From NCBI GenBank assembly GCA_040385525.1, contig JAZKHE010000002.1, positions 855,200 through 919,199 on the forward strand: a stretch of 64,000 nt of DNA, written 5' to 3'. Within the stretch, counting starts at the first letter, position 1. The number at the start of each line of letters is the position of its first letter. Both the position numbers and the translations under genes were made by a program. The DNA is from Bacteroidota bacterium. Its GTDB lineage: Bacteria > Bacteroidota > Bacteroidia > UBA4408. The notes under the pieces were generated by a model. That model was not told the DNA's origin and made no database searches. It saw nothing but the letters and a program-made list of their open reading frames with translations. Below, piece after piece: positions 40,880-52,019 of this stretch.

Positions 40880-43435
40880 TTATTCTTTTGTTTTGTTTTT
40901 AATCGCAGCTAATCTAGCGGCAAAATCTGATAAATATTGTTCTTTTTCGGGTATAACTTTTTCAGGTTTAGCAGCTTTTTTACCTTTTGACAATTCCTTT
41001 TCTGGTTCAGTAATTTTTTCTGTTTTTATAATTGGAGTTTCAATTTTAACCGATTCTTTAGCTATAATTTTAGTCTCTTCAACTTGTGTTTTTGTTTCAG
41101 TAGGAATTGAAACTTTTGCTTCAATTTTTTTTACTACTTCAGTAATTTGTGGAGCTGCATCAAATTTGGCTTTTAAATCGGCAAAACTACTCAGCGTACC
41201 TTTTTTATTTGTTTCTGGTTGCGAAACTGTTTGTGTTGTGCTTTGTTTTGGTTTCGCTTCTAAAAAACTTCCAATTGTATTTCCGGCAACTGGAATTCCT
41301 TGTCCTTTCATTGAAAGTGCTATTCTTTTGCGTTGCACATCAACTTCGGTAACAGTAACAGTAACTTGCTGTTGCACTTTTACTACTTTATTTGGATCGT
41401 CAACAAATGTGTCTGACAATTGACTTATGTGAACTAATCCATCTTGATGAACGCCAATATCTACAAAGGCTCCAAAGTTGGTTACGTTGGTAACTATGCC
41501 AGGTAATTTCATTCCTTCGCGCAAATCTTCAATGCTATGAACGCTGTTATCAAAACTAAAAGTTTCAAAACTTTTACGTGGATCTCGGCCTGGCTTATCT
41601 AACTCATTCATAATATCGTTTAGCGTTGGTAAACCAAATTTTTCGCTAACGTAATTTTGAAGATTTATTTTTTTTCGCAATTCTTTATTTTCCATCAAAT
41701 CTTCGATAGAACATTTTAAATCGCTTGCCATTTTTTCTACAATGTGGTAGCTTTCTGGATGTACTGCACTTTTATCGAGTGGATGAACTCCGATGGCAAT
41801 TCTTAAAAATCCTGCTGCTTGCTCAAAGGCTTTGTCGCCCATTCGCGGAACAGCTAATAATGCTTTGCGAGTTTTAAAAGGTCCGTTTGTGTTTCGGTAT
41901 TCAATAATATTTTGAGCAAGTTGTGCACCAAGTCCCGAAACGTAAGTAAGTAATTCTTTGCTGGCCGTGTTTAATTCAACGCCTACTTTATTTACAGAAC
42001 TCTCTACTACTTCATCTAATTTTTTCTTTAATAATTTTTGATCTACATCGTGTTGGTATTGCCCAACGCCAATTGATTTAGCATCAATTTTTACAAGTTC
42101 TGCTAATGGGTCGGCTAAACGGCGGCCAATAGAAACTGCACCTCTAACCGTTACATCTTTGTCAGGAAATTCTTCGCGAGCAACAGCCGATGCAGAATAA
42201 ATTGACGCGCCACTTTCGTTAACCATAATAACAGGAATGTCGCTAGGAATTTCTTTAATGCTACGTATAAAATTTTCAGTTTCTCTGCTTGCTGTTCCAT
42301 TTCCAATAGCTATTGCTTCGAGGTTATGTTTAGCGCAAAAAGCTAGAACAATATTTTTTGAAAGTTCTTCTCTGTTTTTTTCGTGCGGATAAATTACAGT
42401 ATCTTCTAATAGTTTACCTTGTTTATCTAAAGCAACCACTTTGCAACCTGTTCTAAAACCGGGATCTATAGCTAATATTGCCTTTTGACCAAGTGGAGAA
42501 GCTAACAAAAGTTCGCGTAAATTATCTGCAAATACTTGTATTGCTTTTTCGTCGGCACCATTTTTTGTAAGTACTCTAATTTCACTTTCAATAGAAGTTT
42601 TCATTAATCTATCGTATGATTCTTCTACGGCAAGTTTTACCTGTTCTGATAATTTATTGTTTGATTTTACAAATTGTCGATTTAAAATTTCTAAAGCATT
42701 TTCTGTTGAAGGAGCAATATTTAAACTTAAAATTTCTTCGGCTTCGCCACGACGCATAGCCAACATGCGGTGCGATGGACAAGCCATAACAGGTTCTTCC
42801 CATTCAAAATAGTCGGTAAATTTCTCTCCTTTTTCTTCTTTACCACGCATTACTTTACTTGTAATGGAAGCTTCGCGAATAAATAAATTACGAATGTTTT
42901 GACGAGCTTCTGCATTTTCGTTTATTAACTCTGCAATTATATCTCGTGCGCCATCTAACGCTTCATCAATAGTTGTAACTTGTTTTTCATCAGAAATATA
43001 TTTTTTTGCTTCATCATTTAAATTAGCATTGCTTTGTACTAAAATAAACTCAGCTAAAGGTTCTAATCCTTTTTCGCGAGCAATTGTAGCTCTTGTTCTG
43101 CGTTTTGGTTTATAGGGTAAATAAATATCTTCGAGCACAGATATGGTTTCTGCACTCATAATTTGTATGGTAAGTTCTGGAGTTAATTTACCTTGACTAT
43201 CGATTGTTTCAATTACAAATTCGCGACGTTTTTCTAATACACGAAGTCTGTCTATTTCGTCTCTAACGTTAGCAATTTGAACTTCGTCTAAGCTGCCCGT
43301 CATTTCTTTTCGGTAACGAGAAATAAAAGGAATTGTAGCTCCTTCATCAAGTAATTGAATAGTTGTGCTAACTTGTTTATCGCTAATATTTAATAGCGAT
43401 GCAATTTTTTTATAAAAACGTGTTTCTTCTCCCAT
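40880..43435 (-). CDS. tex: Tex-like RNA-binding transcription accessory protein (S1 domain) with a low-complexity C-terminal extension
   Basis: 851 aa. YqgF/HhH/S1 architecture. C-terminal ~130 aa are K/E/T-rich. Confidence 0.9.
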   Translation of the reverse strand: MGEETRFYKKIASLLNISDKQVSTTIQLLDEGATIPFISRYRKEMTGSLDEVQIANVRDEIDRLRVLEKRREFVIETIDSQGKLTPELTIQIMSAETISVLEDIYLPYKPKRRTRATIAREKGLEPLAEFILVQSNANLNDEAKKYISDEKQVTTIDEALDGARDIIAELINENAEARQNIRNLFIREASITSKVMRGKEEKGEKFTDYFEWEEPVMACPSHRMLAMRRGEAEEILSLNIAPSTENALEILNRQFVKSNNKLSEQVKLAVEESYDRLMKTSIESEIRVLTKNGADEKAIQVFADNLRELLLASPLGQKAILAIDPGFRTGCKVVALDKQGKLLEDTVIYPHEKNREELSKNIVLAFCAKHNLEAIAIGNGTASRETENFIRSIKEIPSDIPVIMVNESGASIYSASAVAREEFPDKDVTVRGAVSIGRRLADPLAELVKIDAKSIGVGQYQHDVDQKLLKKKLDEVVESSVNKVGVELNTASKELLTYVSGLGAQLAQNIIEYRNTNGPFKTRKALLAVPRMGDKAFEQAAGFLRIAIGVHPLDKSAVHPESYHIVEKMASDLKCSIEDLMENKELRKKINLQNYVSEKFGLPTLNDIMNELDKPGRDPRKSFETFSFDNSVHSIEDLREGMKLPGIVTNVTNFGAFVDIGVHQDGLVHISQLSDTFVDDPNKVVKVQQQVTVTVTEVDVQRKRIALSMKGQGIPVAGNTIGSFLEAKPKQSTTQTVSQPETNKKGTLSSFADLKAKFDAAPQITEVVKKIEAKVSIPTETKTQVEETKIIAKESVKIETPIIKTEKITEPEKELSKGKKAAKPEKVIPEKEQYLSDFAARLAAIKNKTKE

Positions 43436-43531
43436 TGGTAATATTTCTATCTACACAAATATAAGCCATAGCAGAGCTTTTAGCTAAGGAATGTTTTTAA
43501 CAAGAAGATGAGTTTTTGTTGAAAAATATGT

Positions 43532-44008
43532 TTATTTCGCAATTACATCTCTATTATAATACCAAATTGCTCTATTTAGATATTCAGGAGCTCTCGCTAT
43601 TTTAATTATTCCCCACATATATATAATAAATGATAATGAGAATAAAAACAAGTAAGCCCCTGTTGCCAATATTAGTGCTGAAGAAAAAAGTGTTAGTGTG
43701 AAAATAAACATTCCTAAAAAAAACAAGAAATAACCAGCCTTATATTGGCTTGCATAAATTTGAATTTCATTAGAAGCATCAGGCGAAATATTTCCGAAAA
43801 ATTTTGCTAAGCGTTTGCCAAAAACACCAATTCTTTTTTTTTGAGATTGGTGTATAAATTTATTGCTATTTCCAGTTAGATATATTGTTTTTTCTGTGTA
43901 TTTTTTAAGTAACGAATCGCTTTTTGAATCGAAAGTATTATAAGCAGAGACTGAATTGCTTACTGTAAATAATAACAAGAATAATGTTGTAAGAGATATT
44001 AATTTCAT
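43532..44008 (-). CDS. Hypothetical membrane protein
   Basis: 158 aa. Signal/TM at the N-terminus plus two TM helices. No recognisable domain. Confidence 0.4.
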   Translation of the reverse strand: MKLISLTTLFLLLFTVSNSVSAYNTFDSKSDSLLKKYTEKTIYLTGNSNKFIHQSQKKRIGVFGKRLAKFFGNISPDASNEIQIYASQYKAGYFLFFLGMFIFTLTLFSSALILATGAYLFLFSLSFIIYMWGIIKIARAPEYLNRAIWYYNRDVIAK

Positions 44009-44058
44009 TTTTGTTTGTTTTTTACTTAAACGAAAATATTTAAAAAATAGTATTTAAT

Positions 44059-46167
44059 TTAAGAAACTTTACTCCAATTGGCTTTTCTGCCAGCTTCTTT
44101 TAATTGTAAATATTCTTTTACTTTTTGGTTTTCGGGTAATAAAATATCTTTATCGTTGTTGAGTAATTTTTCGGCTGTATCTCTTGCCATAAGCATAATT
44201 GCAGAATCTTTTGCTAAGTCGGCTAATTTTAAATTTAAAACACCGCTTTGCTGCGTGCCTTCAATATCACCTGGTCCGCGTAATTTTAAATCTACTTCTG
44301 CAATTTCAAAACCATCGTTGGTTCTGCACATGGTTTCTATTCTTGTTTTAGATTCTGCGCTTAGTTTGTGCGAAGTCATTAAAATGCAATACGATTGATC
44401 GGCGCCTCTACCAACTCTTCCGCGTAATTGATGCAGTTGCGATAAACCAAAACGCTCAGCACTTTCTATTACCATTACACTTGCGTTAGGCACGTTTACA
44501 CCTACTTCAATAACTGTTGTTGCAACCATTATTTGTGTTTCGTTGCGTGCAAAACGTATCATTTCATAATCTTTATCAGCTGGTTTCATTTTACCATGCA
44601 CAATACTTATTGCATAATCGGGTAATGGAAAAGAACGCGAAATACTTTCGTAGCCATCCATCAAATCTTTATAATCCATTTTTTCTGATTCTTGAATTAA
44701 TGGATAAACTAAATAGATTTGTCTTCCTTTTGCAATTTGATCGCGCATAAAGCCAAACACAGCCATACGCGCATCATCAAAACGATGTGTAGTTGTAATG
44801 GGTTTTCTTCCAGGAGGCAATTCGTCAATTACAGATGTATCTAAATCGCCATACAAAGTCATAGCTAACGTTCTAGGTATTGGTGTTGCAGTCATAACTA
44901 AAACATGTGGTGGCTGATTGTTTTTTGTCCACAATTTATAACGTTGTTCAACACCAAAACGATGTTGCTCATCTATCACAACTAAACCTAAATTATTGAA
45001 TTTTACATTGTCTTCAATTAAAGCATGTGTACCAATTAAAATGTGCATTTCGCCATTTTGTAATTGCTCATCAATTAATTTGCGTTTGCTTTTTTTTGTT
45101 GAACCAGTAAGCAAACCAACATTTACATTCATGTTTAATAAAAACTTTTTAAACGACTCAAAATGTTGATTGGCTAAAATTTCGGTTGGGGCCATTAAGC
45201 AGGCCTGAAAACCATTGTCTAATGCAATTAACATACAAAGTAATGCTACTAATGTTTTGCCACTACCAACATCGCCTTGCAGCATTCTATTCATTTGTTT
45301 GCCAGTAACCATGTCTGTTCTTATTTCTTTAACTACGCGCTTTTGAGCATTTGTTAAATGGAATGGCAATTCATTGTTGTAAAAGGTATTGAAAAAATCA
45401 CCTACTTTCGGTAATAAATAACCTTGACTAGCGCTCTTTCTATTGGCTTTTAATTTTAGCAAACGTAATTGTATAAAAAACAACTCGTCAAATTTTAGTC
45501 TTTTTTTTGCTTGCTCTAATATTGTTGTGTTTTCGGGTTGGTGAATTTGAAAAATAGCAACATCTCTACCTACCAAATGATTTTCAGTTAATACCCAATC
45601 GGGTAAAGTTTCATCAACGTTACCATTTATGTTTGGTAAAATTGTTTTAATCATTTTAGAAATAGCCTTGCTGTCTATTCCTCTTGTTTTTATTTTTTCT
45701 GTTAGAGGATAAACAGGCATCAGTCCTGATAAAAAAACAGGATTAGCTTTTTCTACCAATTCTAATTCTGGATGCGCAATGTTAAATTTACTGTTGAACA
45801 ATGTTGGTTTTCCAAAAACTATATATTCTTTGTGTAATTCTAAATACTGGTCAATCCATTTGTAGCCTTGAAACCAAACTAATTCTATGCTGTTTGTTCC
45901 ATCAGAAAATTGTGCAGATAAACGCTTGCCTCTTTTTTCGCCCAACATTTGTTTAGAAACAAAGTGACCTTTTATTTGAACGTAAGGCATTTCAGCATTT
46001 ATTTCACTTGTTTTATAAAACTTGGTTCTATCAACGTAGCGAAAAGGGTAGTGTTCTAGTAAATCTTGAAATGTAAATATTCCTAATTCTTTTTTAAGCA
46101 AATCAGCTTTTGCAGGACCTACGCCCTTTAAATATTCTATTGGAGTTTGTAAAAAACTGTTTGCCAT
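44059..46167 (-). CDS. recG: ATP-dependent DNA helicase RecG
   Basis: 702 aa. Wedge domain. Walker A GDVGSGKT. DEQHRFG. Confidence 0.95.
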   Translation of the reverse strand: MANSFLQTPIEYLKGVGPAKADLLKKELGIFTFQDLLEHYPFRYVDRTKFYKTSEINAEMPYVQIKGHFVSKQMLGEKRGKRLSAQFSDGTNSIELVWFQGYKWIDQYLELHKEYIVFGKPTLFNSKFNIAHPELELVEKANPVFLSGLMPVYPLTEKIKTRGIDSKAISKMIKTILPNINGNVDETLPDWVLTENHLVGRDVAIFQIHQPENTTILEQAKKRLKFDELFFIQLRLLKLKANRKSASQGYLLPKVGDFFNTFYNNELPFHLTNAQKRVVKEIRTDMVTGKQMNRMLQGDVGSGKTLVALLCMLIALDNGFQACLMAPTEILANQHFESFKKFLLNMNVNVGLLTGSTKKSKRKLIDEQLQNGEMHILIGTHALIEDNVKFNNLGLVVIDEQHRFGVEQRYKLWTKNNQPPHVLVMTATPIPRTLAMTLYGDLDTSVIDELPPGRKPITTTHRFDDARMAVFGFMRDQIAKGRQIYLVYPLIQESEKMDYKDLMDGYESISRSFPLPDYAISIVHGKMKPADKDYEMIRFARNETQIMVATTVIEVGVNVPNASVMVIESAERFGLSQLHQLRGRVGRGADQSYCILMTSHKLSAESKTRIETMCRTNDGFEIAEVDLKLRGPGDIEGTQQSGVLNLKLADLAKDSAIMLMARDTAEKLLNNDKDILLPENQKVKEYLQLKEAGRKANWSKVS

Positions 46168-46239
46168 GCTACTAATTTAAACATAAAAAAAGCGTCTCGA
46201 AATTTTCGGGACGCTTTTTTATTAAATGTTTTTTATTTA

Positions 46240-46725
46240 TTAATCTTCAATCGCTTCTTGAATTTCGTCTTCTACTTCAGTTTTTGCTTTTTTAGCATCT
46301 TGTTTTTTAGCTTTTTGTTTAGCTTTCATTTCTTTTTTATGTGCAACCCATTTTGCATATTCTTCAGCAGAAAATACTTCTTTTAATTTTGTTTCGCGCT
46401 CTAAATTTCTTTTTTTGTGCGCAACTTTTAAGCCATCTTTATTATTTGCATTAGTAGTTCTGTCTGCTTCTCTTTGTTTTTCTGTAGCTAAGTTTATTTC
46501 TTTTACTTTAGGTTCTTTTACAGCAGAAGCGCCAGTAACTTTCATCATTCTTTTTGTAATGGCATCAGCTCTTTGTTCTGCAGATTTACCCTTCATTTCT
46601 TTTTTTCCTTTTCCAGGATTTTCTTTTGCAACTTTCGCTTCTTTTCCAACAGGTTGTTTTTCTTGCGCAGATACAGTTAAGCTAGTAGCTAAAACAACTG
46701 CAAGTCCTAAAATTAAATTTTTCAT
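46240..46725 (-). CDS. Hypothetical secreted lysine-rich protein
   Basis: 161 aa. Signal peptide. K/E-rich low-complexity sequence. Confidence 0.4.
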   Translation of the reverse strand: MKNLILGLAVVLATSLTVSAQEKQPVGKEAKVAKENPGKGKKEMKGKSAEQRADAITKRMMKVTGASAVKEPKVKEINLATEKQREADRTTNANNKDGLKVAHKKRNLERETKLKEVFSAEEYAKWVAHKKEMKAKQKAKKQDAKKAKTEVEDEIQEAIED

Positions 46726-46758
46726 GGTTTTAGTTTTTATGGTTAGTTAATAATTAAT

Positions 46759-47337
46759 TTATTTGTTTAAATAGTCTTGAACCAAATTTTGTGCCATTTG
46801 TTTGGCTTCTTCAATATTTACGTTTACAATTGTTTTGTCAAAACGATTTTCGAATTCAATTTCTTTGTGTGCTTTACCAATTCTACGTGCTATACTTTCT
46901 TCTGTTTCGGTATTTCTACTGCGTAATCTATTTTCTAGTTCTTGCACTGATGGAGCTTTTACAAATACAGCTAAGGCTTTATCGCCAAATTGTTTTTTTA
47001 AGTTTAATCCGCCAACTACATCAACATCAAAAATTACATTTTTTCCTTTAGCCCAAATTCGTTCAATTTCAGATTTAAGTGTTCCGTAATAATTGTTTAA
47101 ATATACTTGTTCCCATTCTACAAATTCGTTGTTAGCAATTTTGCTTTTAAATTCGTCAACACTTAAAAAATAATAATCTTTGCCATTTACTTCTCCTTCG
47201 CGTTGAGCTCTGCTGCAAGCCGAAACAGAAAACTCTAACGCGTTGGGCATTGTTTTTAGTATGTGTTGAACCAAAGTGGTTTTTCCTGCTCCAGATGGAG
47301 CAGAAAAAATAATTGCTTTTCCACCTTTATTTTCCAT
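46759..47337 (-). CDS. gmk: Guanylate kinase
   Basis: 192 aa. P-loop GAGKTT. GMP-binding region. Confidence 0.92.
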   Translation of the reverse strand: MENKGGKAIIFSAPSGAGKTTLVQHILKTMPNALEFSVSACSRAQREGEVNGKDYYFLSVDEFKSKIANNEFVEWEQVYLNNYYGTLKSEIERIWAKGKNVIFDVDVVGGLNLKKQFGDKALAVFVKAPSVQELENRLRSRNTETEESIARRIGKAHKEIEFENRFDKTIVNVNIEEAKQMAQNLVQDYLNK

Positions 47338-48210
47338 TTATAAAATATTTAAGCTTTGTTCTTTAATTTTTTCTAATTCGTCTTTCATTTGCACAACCAA
47401 TTTTTGCATATCGGCATCGTTAGCCTTAGAACCAATTGTGTTTATTTCTCTACCAATTTCTTGTGTTATAAAACCTAGTTTTCTTCCTTGATTTTGTTCT
47501 TCGTTAATGGTTTTGGTAAAATAATCTAAATGTGTTTTTAAGCGTGTTTTTTCTTCGGTAATATCTACTTTTTCAAAGTAATAAATTAATTCTTGCTCAA
47601 AACGATTTTGATCTATTTTTTGTTCTTCAACAAACTCTAAAACATTTTTTTTAATCCGCTCGCGCAATTTAGTTTTTCTTTGTAAATCTAAACCTTCTGT
47701 TTGAATTAATAAATCGTTAATAATGCTTATGCGTTGCAATAAATCATTACACAAAGTATGCCCTTCGTCGTTTCTAAAATCATTAAATTTTTGTAGTGCT
47801 TTTTCTAAAGCAGACTTAATAATTAAAAACTCATCATCATTTAACTCGCTGCGTTCTACCTTCATAACATCAGGCATTTTTAATACCATTGGCAATAAAG
47901 ATTGATCTTTATCTCCTGTTAATTTTTGTAACTCAAGTAATTCGTTATAGTACGTTTTAACTAGTTCTTTATTTATGTTTACTTCCGATGAAACTTCTCC
48001 ATGCTCAATATAAATTAGCACATCTACTTTTCCGCGTTCAGCTTGTTTGGCAACAATAGTGCGTAATTCGTATTCTTTTTCTTTTAGTAATGATGGTATT
48101 CTGATATTTAAATCGAGTTGCTTATTGTTAAGCGATCTAATTTCTATATTAATACTTTTTCCATTTGCATCAACGATTTCTTTTCCGAAACCAGTCATTG
48201 ATTTTATCAT
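47338..48210 (-). CDS. yicC: YicC/YloC family stress-induced protein
   Basis: 290 aa. N-terminal MIKSMTGFG. C-terminal DUF1732-like region. Confidence 0.85.
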   Translation of the reverse strand: MIKSMTGFGKEIVDANGKSINIEIRSLNNKQLDLNIRIPSLLKEKEYELRTIVAKQAERGKVDVLIYIEHGEVSSEVNINKELVKTYYNELLELQKLTGDKDQSLLPMVLKMPDVMKVERSELNDDEFLIIKSALEKALQKFNDFRNDEGHTLCNDLLQRISIINDLLIQTEGLDLQRKTKLRERIKKNVLEFVEEQKIDQNRFEQELIYYFEKVDITEEKTRLKTHLDYFTKTINEEQNQGRKLGFITQEIGREINTIGSKANDADMQKLVVQMKDELEKIKEQSLNIL

Positions 48211-49109
48211 ATTTTTTTAAAATATTTTATTGGATTAAAACTAACCAAATATACACCAACAAAAATTAATAATGCGGCACAAACTTTATAAAAACTAAGT
48301 TCGTCTTTTTTACTGATTATAGCAATTAATGAAGCTAAAATTGGTTGCAGATAAATGTAAATGCTTACAACAGTTGGCGATAGCTGTTTTAAGGCGTAGG
48401 TGTTTAAAAAGTAAGCTAAAAAAGTTACACCAATTACAACAAAAGCTATAGATGCGTAGGCTTGTGATGGCATATTTGCCCAATCAATTAATTGAAACTC
48501 ATTAAAACCTACTGGAATTACTATTAAAGAACCAAACAAAAACGACCATTTAATAACTGTTAGTGTTGAATATTTTTGCATTAACGATTTTACAATCACT
48601 AAATAAATTCCCCACGAAAGTGCGTTTATTAAAATAAAAAAATCACCTAAAGGATTTGATTGACTTACTGAAGTTATGGCTGTGTTTTGAAAAATAAGTA
48701 ATAATGCACCCGACAAACCAATAAAAACACCAACAATTTTTACCCAAGTTAATTTTTCTTTAATTGCAAAAAAAGAAATTATTAAAACTAAAATTGGTGT
48801 ACACAGCATCATAATTGCTGCATTAATTGGCGATGTTAAACTTAAACCTTTAAAAAACAAAAGTTGATTTACAGCTACTCCAAAAATACCGCAAGCAATA
48901 AGTCTTGGGAAATCTTTTTTCTCAATTTTTTCTTGTTTAAAAAATAACGAAACCAACCAATACAAAACTAGTGCGCCAATAACTCTTAAAATTATAAATG
49001 CAAATGGCTGAACATATTGCGGCATAACACTTTTGGCAATAGTGTAATTTGCACCATAAATTAGTGCGGCTAACCATAAAGCAATATGAGAAATTAGTTT
49101 AGCATTCAT
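48207..49109 (-). CDS. DMT superfamily (EamA-like) transporter
   Basis: 300 aa. 10 TM segments forming two EamA repeats. Confidence 0.8.
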   Translation of the reverse strand: MNAKLISHIALWLAALIYGANYTIAKSVMPQYVQPFAFIILRVIGALVLYWLVSLFFKQEKIEKKDFPRLIACGIFGVAVNQLLFFKGLSLTSPINAAIMMLCTPILVLIISFFAIKEKLTWVKIVGVFIGLSGALLLIFQNTAITSVSQSNPLGDFFILINALSWGIYLVIVKSLMQKYSTLTVIKWSFLFGSLIVIPVGFNEFQLIDWANMPSQAYASIAFVVIGVTFLAYFLNTYALKQLSPTVVSIYIYLQPILASLIAIISKKDELSFYKVCAALLIFVGVYLVSFNPIKYFKKI

Positions 49110-49139
49110 TCAATTAATTTATAAATGCTAAATTATTTA

Positions 49140-49496
49140 TTAAAAGTTTAGTAAAGCATCTTTGGCGCCTTCTATCATTTTTTTAGAGCTTCCAATAAAA
49201 ATTTTGTTGCCACTAACAACTACAGGTCTTTTAATAAAAGTATATTCTTCTAACATGTATTTTTTAAAATCGTGCTCAGTAAGTTGTTTTTTATCTAAGC
49301 CCCACATTCTGTATTTCATAGCTATTTTGCTAAACAAAGCTTCATAACTTCCTGCAAGTTTTGACAACTCATCTAATTGTTTTTCTGAAACTTGTTCTGT
49401 TTTTACATCTTGCATTACAACATCGGTTCCGGGTTTCAGTTCGTGTAAAATTCTTTTACAAGTGGTGCATGTTGTAAGGTAAAATATTTTTTTCAT
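49140..49496 (-). CDS. ArsC/Spx/YffB family thioredoxin-fold protein
   Basis: 118 aa. N-terminal YLTTCTTCKR redox/cap motif. Confidence 0.75.
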   Translation of the reverse strand: MKKIFYLTTCTTCKRILHELKPGTDVVMQDVKTEQVSEKQLDELSKLAGSYEALFSKIAMKYRMWGLDKKQLTEHDFKKYMLEEYTFIKRPVVVSGNKIFIGSSKKMIEGAKDALLNF

Positions 49497-49612
49497 AGCT
49501 AGGTTAAATCTATTTCGCTTAATGGTTTCTTTTAAAAAGTATGTAAAAATAGGATTCCGATTTGAATTTTTAAGTATAATTCTTACTTTGTAAAAAAATT
49601 ATTTTTCAACAC

Positions 49613-50695
49613 TTGAGCACACAAGCAAAAGATATTTTAAACCTTACAAAGCCTAGTAAAATACTCGTCCCAATAATTTTAGGATTGGGCGTTGCAAGTT
49701 GTCTGTTGGTCAGAAATTTTGATGCCAATGCGTTTTCAACAATTAGCTGGACTTGGCATTCTACCCTTTGGATTTTGTTGTCGTTTGTTATGGTAGTAAT
49801 TAGAGATTGGGCTTACATGGTTCGAATAAGAGTTCTTACCAATAACGAATTAACTTGGAAAAAGTCGTTTGAAGTAATTATGCTTTGGGAATTTTGCTCT
49901 GCAATTATTCCTCCAGTTTTGGGCGGTGGCTTTGCATTTGCCATCTATATTTTAAACAAAGAAAAAATTTCGATGGGGCGTTCCATTTCCGTAATCATGT
50001 TTACATCGTTTTTAGACGGAATGTTCTTTGCCTTAATAGCGCCTATTGTTTATTTTACGCTGGGGCACGATTTGCTTTTTGGGGTTATTGAACAAGGCGA
50101 TGCTGCAAAATTATCTTACGGATTGGGTTTGGCTTATTTTTTCTGGGTAGTTTATTTTGTGGTGTTAGCCTATAAAATTTTGGTGGCTTATGCTTTGTTT
50201 ATAAATGCTACAGCTGTAAAAATATTTTTAATGAAAATTTTCTCTATTGGTTTTTTAAAAAAATGGAAAGAGCAAGCTACCAAAACCGGCATCGAAATGG
50301 AAATTGCAGCCCTAGAATTAAAACAACAAAAAGGAGGTTATTGGTTAAAATCTTTTGCAGCTACTTGCGTGAGTTGGTCGGCGCGATTTATAATTATTAA
50401 TTGTATAATAAAAGCCTTTAGTAATGTTAATTTTAGTCATTATGTAGTGTATGCACGCCAAGTAGTTATGGGAATAATTAACATAGCAAGCCCAACGCCT
50501 GGCGGAGCAGGATTAGCAGAGTGGTTGTTTGGTAAATTGCTTGGCGAATTTTTACCAAGTGCAACATTAGCACTAACATTGGCTATGGTGTGGCGTTTAA
50601 TAAGCTATTACCCGTATTTGTTTGTTGGCGCTATAGTTATACCACGTTGGGTCAAAAGAGTGTTTACTAAACAAGAAATTGAATCAGAATCTTAA
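49613..50695 (+). CDS. Membrane protein with lysylphosphatidylglycerol-synthase-TM-like (UPF0104/flippase-like) domain
   Basis: 360 aa, multi-TM. Conserved ASPTPGGAGLAEW motif. The track start at 49613 is a TTG, so the exact start is uncertain. Confidence 0.65.
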   Translation: MSTQAKDILNLTKPSKILVPIILGLGVASCLLVRNFDANAFSTISWTWHSTLWILLSFVMVVIRDWAYMVRIRVLTNNELTWKKSFEVIMLWEFCSAIIPPVLGGGFAFAIYILNKEKISMGRSISVIMFTSFLDGMFFALIAPIVYFTLGHDLLFGVIEQGDAAKLSYGLGLAYFFWVVYFVVLAYKILVAYALFINATAVKIFLMKIFSIGFLKKWKEQATKTGIEMEIAALELKQQKGGYWLKSFAATCVSWSARFIIINCIIKAFSNVNFSHYVVYARQVVMGIINIASPTPGGAGLAEWLFGKLLGEFLPSATLALTLAMVWRLISYYPYLFVGAIVIPRWVKRVFTKQEIESES

Positions 50696-50725
50696 CTTTG
50701 TATAAAAAATATAAATTCATTTATT

Positions 50726-51886
50726 ATGAAAGACACAAGCCATTTAAAATTCGGGACTAAAGCTATACATGCAGGTCAGGAGCCTGACCCAACTACAGGA
50801 GCAATTATGACTCCTATTTTTCAAACCTCTACTTTTGTGCAAGAGTCGCCCGGTAAACATAAAGGTTATGCTTACGCACGCGGAAAAAACCCTACACGTT
50901 CGGCATTAGAAAAATGTTTGGCAGCTTTAGAAAACGCAAAATACGGTTTGTGTTTTAGTAGCGGAATGGGTGCAATTGATGCCATTGTGAAAATGTTGCG
51001 CCCCGGTGATGAAATTATTACTGGTAACGATTTGTACGGAGGTTCGTACCGAATGTTTACAAAAGTATTTGCAAACTATGGTATTAAATTTCATTTTATA
51101 GATTTAACCGATGCTAATAATATTACAAAATTTATTAACGCTAACACAAAATTAATTTGGGTTGAAACACCTACCAATCCTACTATGCAGATAGTAGATA
51201 TTGAAGCTTGCGCAAAAATTGCAAAAGCAAACAATTTAATTTTAGCAGTTGATAATACTTTTGCATCACCTTATTTACAAAATCCGTTAGATTTAGGTGC
51301 GCACATTGTTATGCACTCTGCAACAAAATATTTAGGCGGACACTCCGATGTAATTATGGGAGCTTTAATGCTTAACGACGATAAAATTTATGAGCAATTA
51401 GCATTTATACACAACTCGTGTGGCGCTACACCTGGACCAATGGATAGCTTTTTAGTTTTACGCGGACTAAAAACATTGCACTTGCGAATGAAAGCGCATT
51501 GCGAAAACGGTAAACAAATAGCACACTTTTTAAGCACACATCCAAAAATAGAAAAAGTGTATTGGCCAGGTTTTGAAAATCATCCAAACCACGCTATTGC
51601 TAAAAAACAAATGAAAGATTTTGGTGGTATGATTTCTATTGTGTTAAAAGGCGCAAGTTTAGAAGATACCTTTAAGTTTGCTTCATCGTTTAAAGTGTTT
51701 TCGTTGGCAGAATCATTAGGCGGCGTAGAGAGTTTAATAAACCACCCCGCAACTATGACGCATGCTTCTATACCAAAAGACGAACGCGAAAAAGCAGGCG
51801 TGGTAGATTCTTTATTGCGTTTAAGCGTTGGAGTAGAAGACATAGAAGATTTGATGAATGATTTGAAATCGGTTTTGGGAAACTAA
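50726..51886 (+). CDS. PLP-dependent Cys/Met-metabolism enzyme (cystathionine gamma-synthase/beta-lyase family)
   Basis: 386 aa. The family's conserved N-terminus TKAIHAGQEPDPTTGAIMTPIFQTSTF. PLP-lysine region SATKYLGGHSD. Confidence 0.9.
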   Translation: MKDTSHLKFGTKAIHAGQEPDPTTGAIMTPIFQTSTFVQESPGKHKGYAYARGKNPTRSALEKCLAALENAKYGLCFSSGMGAIDAIVKMLRPGDEIITGNDLYGGSYRMFTKVFANYGIKFHFIDLTDANNITKFINANTKLIWVETPTNPTMQIVDIEACAKIAKANNLILAVDNTFASPYLQNPLDLGAHIVMHSATKYLGGHSDVIMGALMLNDDKIYEQLAFIHNSCGATPGPMDSFLVLRGLKTLHLRMKAHCENGKQIAHFLSTHPKIEKVYWPGFENHPNHAIAKKQMKDFGGMISIVLKGASLEDTFKFASSFKVFSLAESLGGVESLINHPATMTHASIPKDEREKAGVVDSLLRLSVGVEDIEDLMNDLKSVLGN

Positions 51887-52019
51887 TTTAAAGTTTAAGA
51901 TTCAAAGTTTAAAGTTGGGAGAAATTCCAACTTTTTTTTCTGAATAAAAAAAATGCAAATCAATATACGTTGTTTGCTGGTATAGATAATTTTTATTAGT
52001 TTTAATAAAAATAAATCCA

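Noticed and set aside
40854-41423. ORF 40854..41423 (+) antisense to the tex 3' end
   Set aside because: Mirror-image low-complexity translation of the K/E/T-rich Tex tail. No independent signals.
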